From the human T2T-CHM13v2.0 reference genome, Homo sapiens, in NCBI RefSeq assembly GCF_009914755.1, contig NC_060925.1: a stretch of DNA of 64,000 bases, one strand, 5' to 3'. The position numbers were made by a program, and so were the translations under genes. Below, one piece after another: positions 61,091-64,000 of the stretch. The notes under the pieces were generated by a model that searched no databases, was not told the origin of the DNA, and saw only the letters and a program-made list of their open reading frames with translations. Each line of letters opens with the position of its first letter. The stretch's first letter is position 1.

Positions 61091-61848
61091 GTATGTAACA
61101 AACATAGGTAAAATGAGAGCATCAAGTAAATTTATGGAGTAGGGTTGAATATACTATTAAAGATTTATTTGCCCAAAAGTATACTGATATGTTTGAGAAA
61201 ATAGAATAATTTTCTTTAAAGCAAAATACAAAAGTACATAATTTCAGAAATTATGATATTAGAATATCCAGTTTGTCAATTCGGAATTTAAATATTAAAA
61301 ATTTAGATTAGAATGTAAGCTCATGAAGTGGAATAAACAAATATTCTATTTGGTTTTGATCTGTTTTTTAGTTGATCAGTCAAGTAATAATTTGCATCAT
61401 ATCAAACACTTCAAATATCTGGAAAGTTGTCATTATTACTCCTAATACCAGAAAGGAGTCCCAGAAGCTGAATGTCTTTCCCTAAAGGCAAATGTTTAAA
61501 GGAGACCATCTTTTGAATATATGATGGTGCATGTTTTGGGGGAATATTCTTTAGTCTATTGTGAGAATGAGTTGTGGTCTAAGGAATTTGGAGTGTCACT
61601 GGAGAGAAGACAAGGGGAGTGGGGTCCTTCATAGAAAATATTTTATCCCATGACTACACATCTGCCAGCCAGCAGGTACTTCCTCCTGATCTGTCATGGT
61701 GGTGTGCTGATAGAAACTAAAAAATGCCAATAAGGCTTCTTGGACTTAATAGACTCCTTCCCTCCCTTCCTCCCTCCCTCCTTTGGATTTCATAGGTTCC
61801 CTCCCTCCCTCCCTCCCTTCCTTCCTCTCTCTCTTTCTTTCTTTCTTT

Positions 61849-62490
61849 CAATAACACAGTGTAGTAGGTTCAAAATCCAACTTTCTTGCTTTGTAGCTTT
61901 GGAAACATAGACATACTAATTTCTTTGTGCCTCTTTTTTTAATATATAAAATGGGGATAATAATAACACCCAAATTATAATGAGCACTAAATGAGACAAC
62001 GCGTGAGCCACCATGCCCGGCTTTTTTATTTTCTCCTCCTCCTTCTCCTCCTCCTCCTCCTCCCCCTTCTCCCCTCCCCTCCCCTTTCCTTCCTTCTTTC
62101 CTTCCTCTTTCTTTCTTCCCTCCCTCTTTCTCTTTCTTTCTTTCCTTCTTTCTTTCTCTCTTTCTTTCCTCCTTTCTCTTTCTTTCTTTTCTTTTCTTTC
62201 TCCCTTTCTTTTCTTTCTCTCTTCTTTCTTCTTTTCCTTTCCTTTCCTTCCTTCCTCCCTCCCTTCCTCCTTTCCTCCCTTCCTCCCTCCCTTCCTTCCT
62301 TCCTCTCTCTCTCTTTCTTTTTTTCTTTCTTTCAATAACACAGTGTAGTAGGTTCAACATGCAACTTTCTTGCTTTGTAGCTTTGGAAACTTAGACATAC
62401 TACTTTCTTTGTGCCTCTTTTTCTTCATATATAAAATGGAGGTAATAATAACACCCAAATTATTATGAGCATTTAATGAGACAACGCATG
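61849..62490 (+). repeat. Duplicated ~157-bp MIR segment separated by a 21-nt Alu fragment and a ~310-bp polypyrimidine tract
   Basis: CAATAACACAGTGTAGTAGG...GAGACAACGC(G/A)TG at 61849-62005 and 62333-62490. Confidence 0.9.
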
Positions 62491-62720
62491 TTAATTGCTT
62501 AAATTTGTACCTGAGAGATAGGAAACACTAATTGCTAGCCATTGTTATAATTATTGGAGATAAGGAACAAAGGTGAAAATATCAAGCAAAAATATAAGCT
62601 ACACTAAGAAATTTGTGACTTCTTAGAACACATTGTGATGATTCTCTGAATAAATATATTTACTGGTACATACCCAACACAATATTAGAATATTAGGGCA
62701 CATAAGTTCTCTTTTAAAAT

Positions 62721-62845
62721 AGATTTAAAGATATATATATGTGTTTATATATATATATATATATATTTAAAGATATATATAGATTTAAAGATATATATAT
62801 ATAAATGCATATATGAAGATATATGTATATACATATATCTTCATA
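62721..62845. repeat. (TA)n-rich repeat with three ATTTAAAGATATATAT units
   Basis: Read directly from the sequence. Confidence 0.85.
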
Positions 62846-63467
62846 CATGGGGGTGATAATTGTAGTATTTGTCACAGCAATAGAATGAAGACTTCATTAT
62901 AAAAATTATTTAGCAATTTGCCTGGCACTACTAATAAGCACTCAAAGCACTAGTTTGCTACTATTGCTAATTATCATTATCATTATTATATATGTGAGAG
63001 ATACATATAAGGGCATAATTATAATTTTATACTATGATAAGAACAGAAGAGTTAACATTTCAAGTCTTTTAAAGAATGAATACAGTTTTTCCAGATGGAG
63101 AAGAGGGAAAGAGCATTCATGGATTCCCCATGTGTTTTACCTAAACTTGACTTGTTTTCAAAAAGTCACTGAGACCACAATTATTTTACTGAGAAACTGC
63201 TTTTGAATTGACCATGTCCACACAAACTAATCAATCAACAGATAATTGAGCACCAATTCTATGAAATATGCAGAGAAAGTGTAGACAGGCTCCCAGCTGG
63301 TTTTCCTGTTCTACATTCTCTCTTCTTTAGCATACTTTTCATGAGCTTGACACAGTAATCTCCCTAAAGTGCAGTTTTCATCATGCTGTAACTGCTAGAG
63401 GACATAGAGTGGTTTTTGAATGCCTGCTGTATTAAGCTCAAACGACTCTATCTAGCTTCAAGGATCC

Positions 63468-63624
63468 TCAACAGTCTTGCAATTCACAGTATGGCATCAG
63501 CACCAACATCACCAGGGAAGTTGTTAGAAATAAATAATCTCACACCTCAATCCGCACCTATTAAATTAGGTTCCTCATTTTAACAAGGTCCCCAGGTATG
63601 CACATTCGAGTTTAAGAAACATTT
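63468..63624. mobile_element. MER5A-like hAT MITE within an L2 remnant
   Basis: CATCACCAGGGAAGTTGTTAGAAAT..TTTTAACAAGGTCCCCAGGT..GAGTTTAAGAAACA. Confidence 0.65.
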
Positions 63625-64000
63625 CTTTAAAATATCCTTTAATCTAAACCAAACAAAATCACTAATCCATATACAACCCAGACTTATCAAGAAGAATTAA
63701 ATCTTTTCATTAATTTCTCTGCATCCAAAGCAATCCCTTTGCTCATGCTCTTAACTCCACTGGAAATTTCTTATTTCCTTCACATCTACTTTCTAACTCT
63801 CATCCATTCTTGAAGACCAGTGAAAAGTCTCATATCTTCCATAAAACTAAGACCATTTCAAAGTACACTAACCTTCTTGAATATTTCTTGCACTTAGGAC
63901 AACACCAATTCTATTCTTCTTTTATCATTCATTCATTCATTCATTATTCACTGAATATGCATTTTCTTAATGCTTATGATTATTTACCTGACATTGTTGC

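Noticed and set aside
61848-62360. K/E/R/G-rich and F/S/L/P-rich ORFs
   Set aside because: Low-complexity CT/GA tract; not coding.

Overview
Primate (human or great-ape) AT-rich, repeat-dense DNA with no intact protein-coding exon. The supplied ORFs are Alu, microsatellite, LTR or pseudogene read-throughs or chance ORFs. The main feature is an apparently full-length processed pseudogene of ST13 (Hsc70-interacting protein, Hip) at about 29214-33425 (+). It inserted into the A-rich linker of an AluJ, which itself lies in an MLT1 LTR, and three younger Alus later inserted into it. A repeat-free block at about 6.7-8.8 kb has promoter/enhancer-like motif clusters and strong + strand splice donors. 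From memory only, this layout (alternative non-coding first exon about 22 kb upstream of an Alu-interrupted ST13 retrocopy) fits the 5' region of ADGRL2/LPHN2 with ST13P20; this is unverified. Notable structures are a near-identical 757-bp tandem duplication with a chimeric Alu at its junction, a 94-bp duplication in the retrocopy 3'UTR, an older MIR duplication joined by a 21-nt Alu fragment, a tail-less Alu without target-site duplication (TSD), a ~480-bp alternating purine-pyrimidine tract and a candidate 29-nt microexon. I found no evidence for a new gene system; the interest lies in genome dynamics and cis-regulation. Repeat subfamily calls are by eye and need RepeatMasker/Dfam confirmation.
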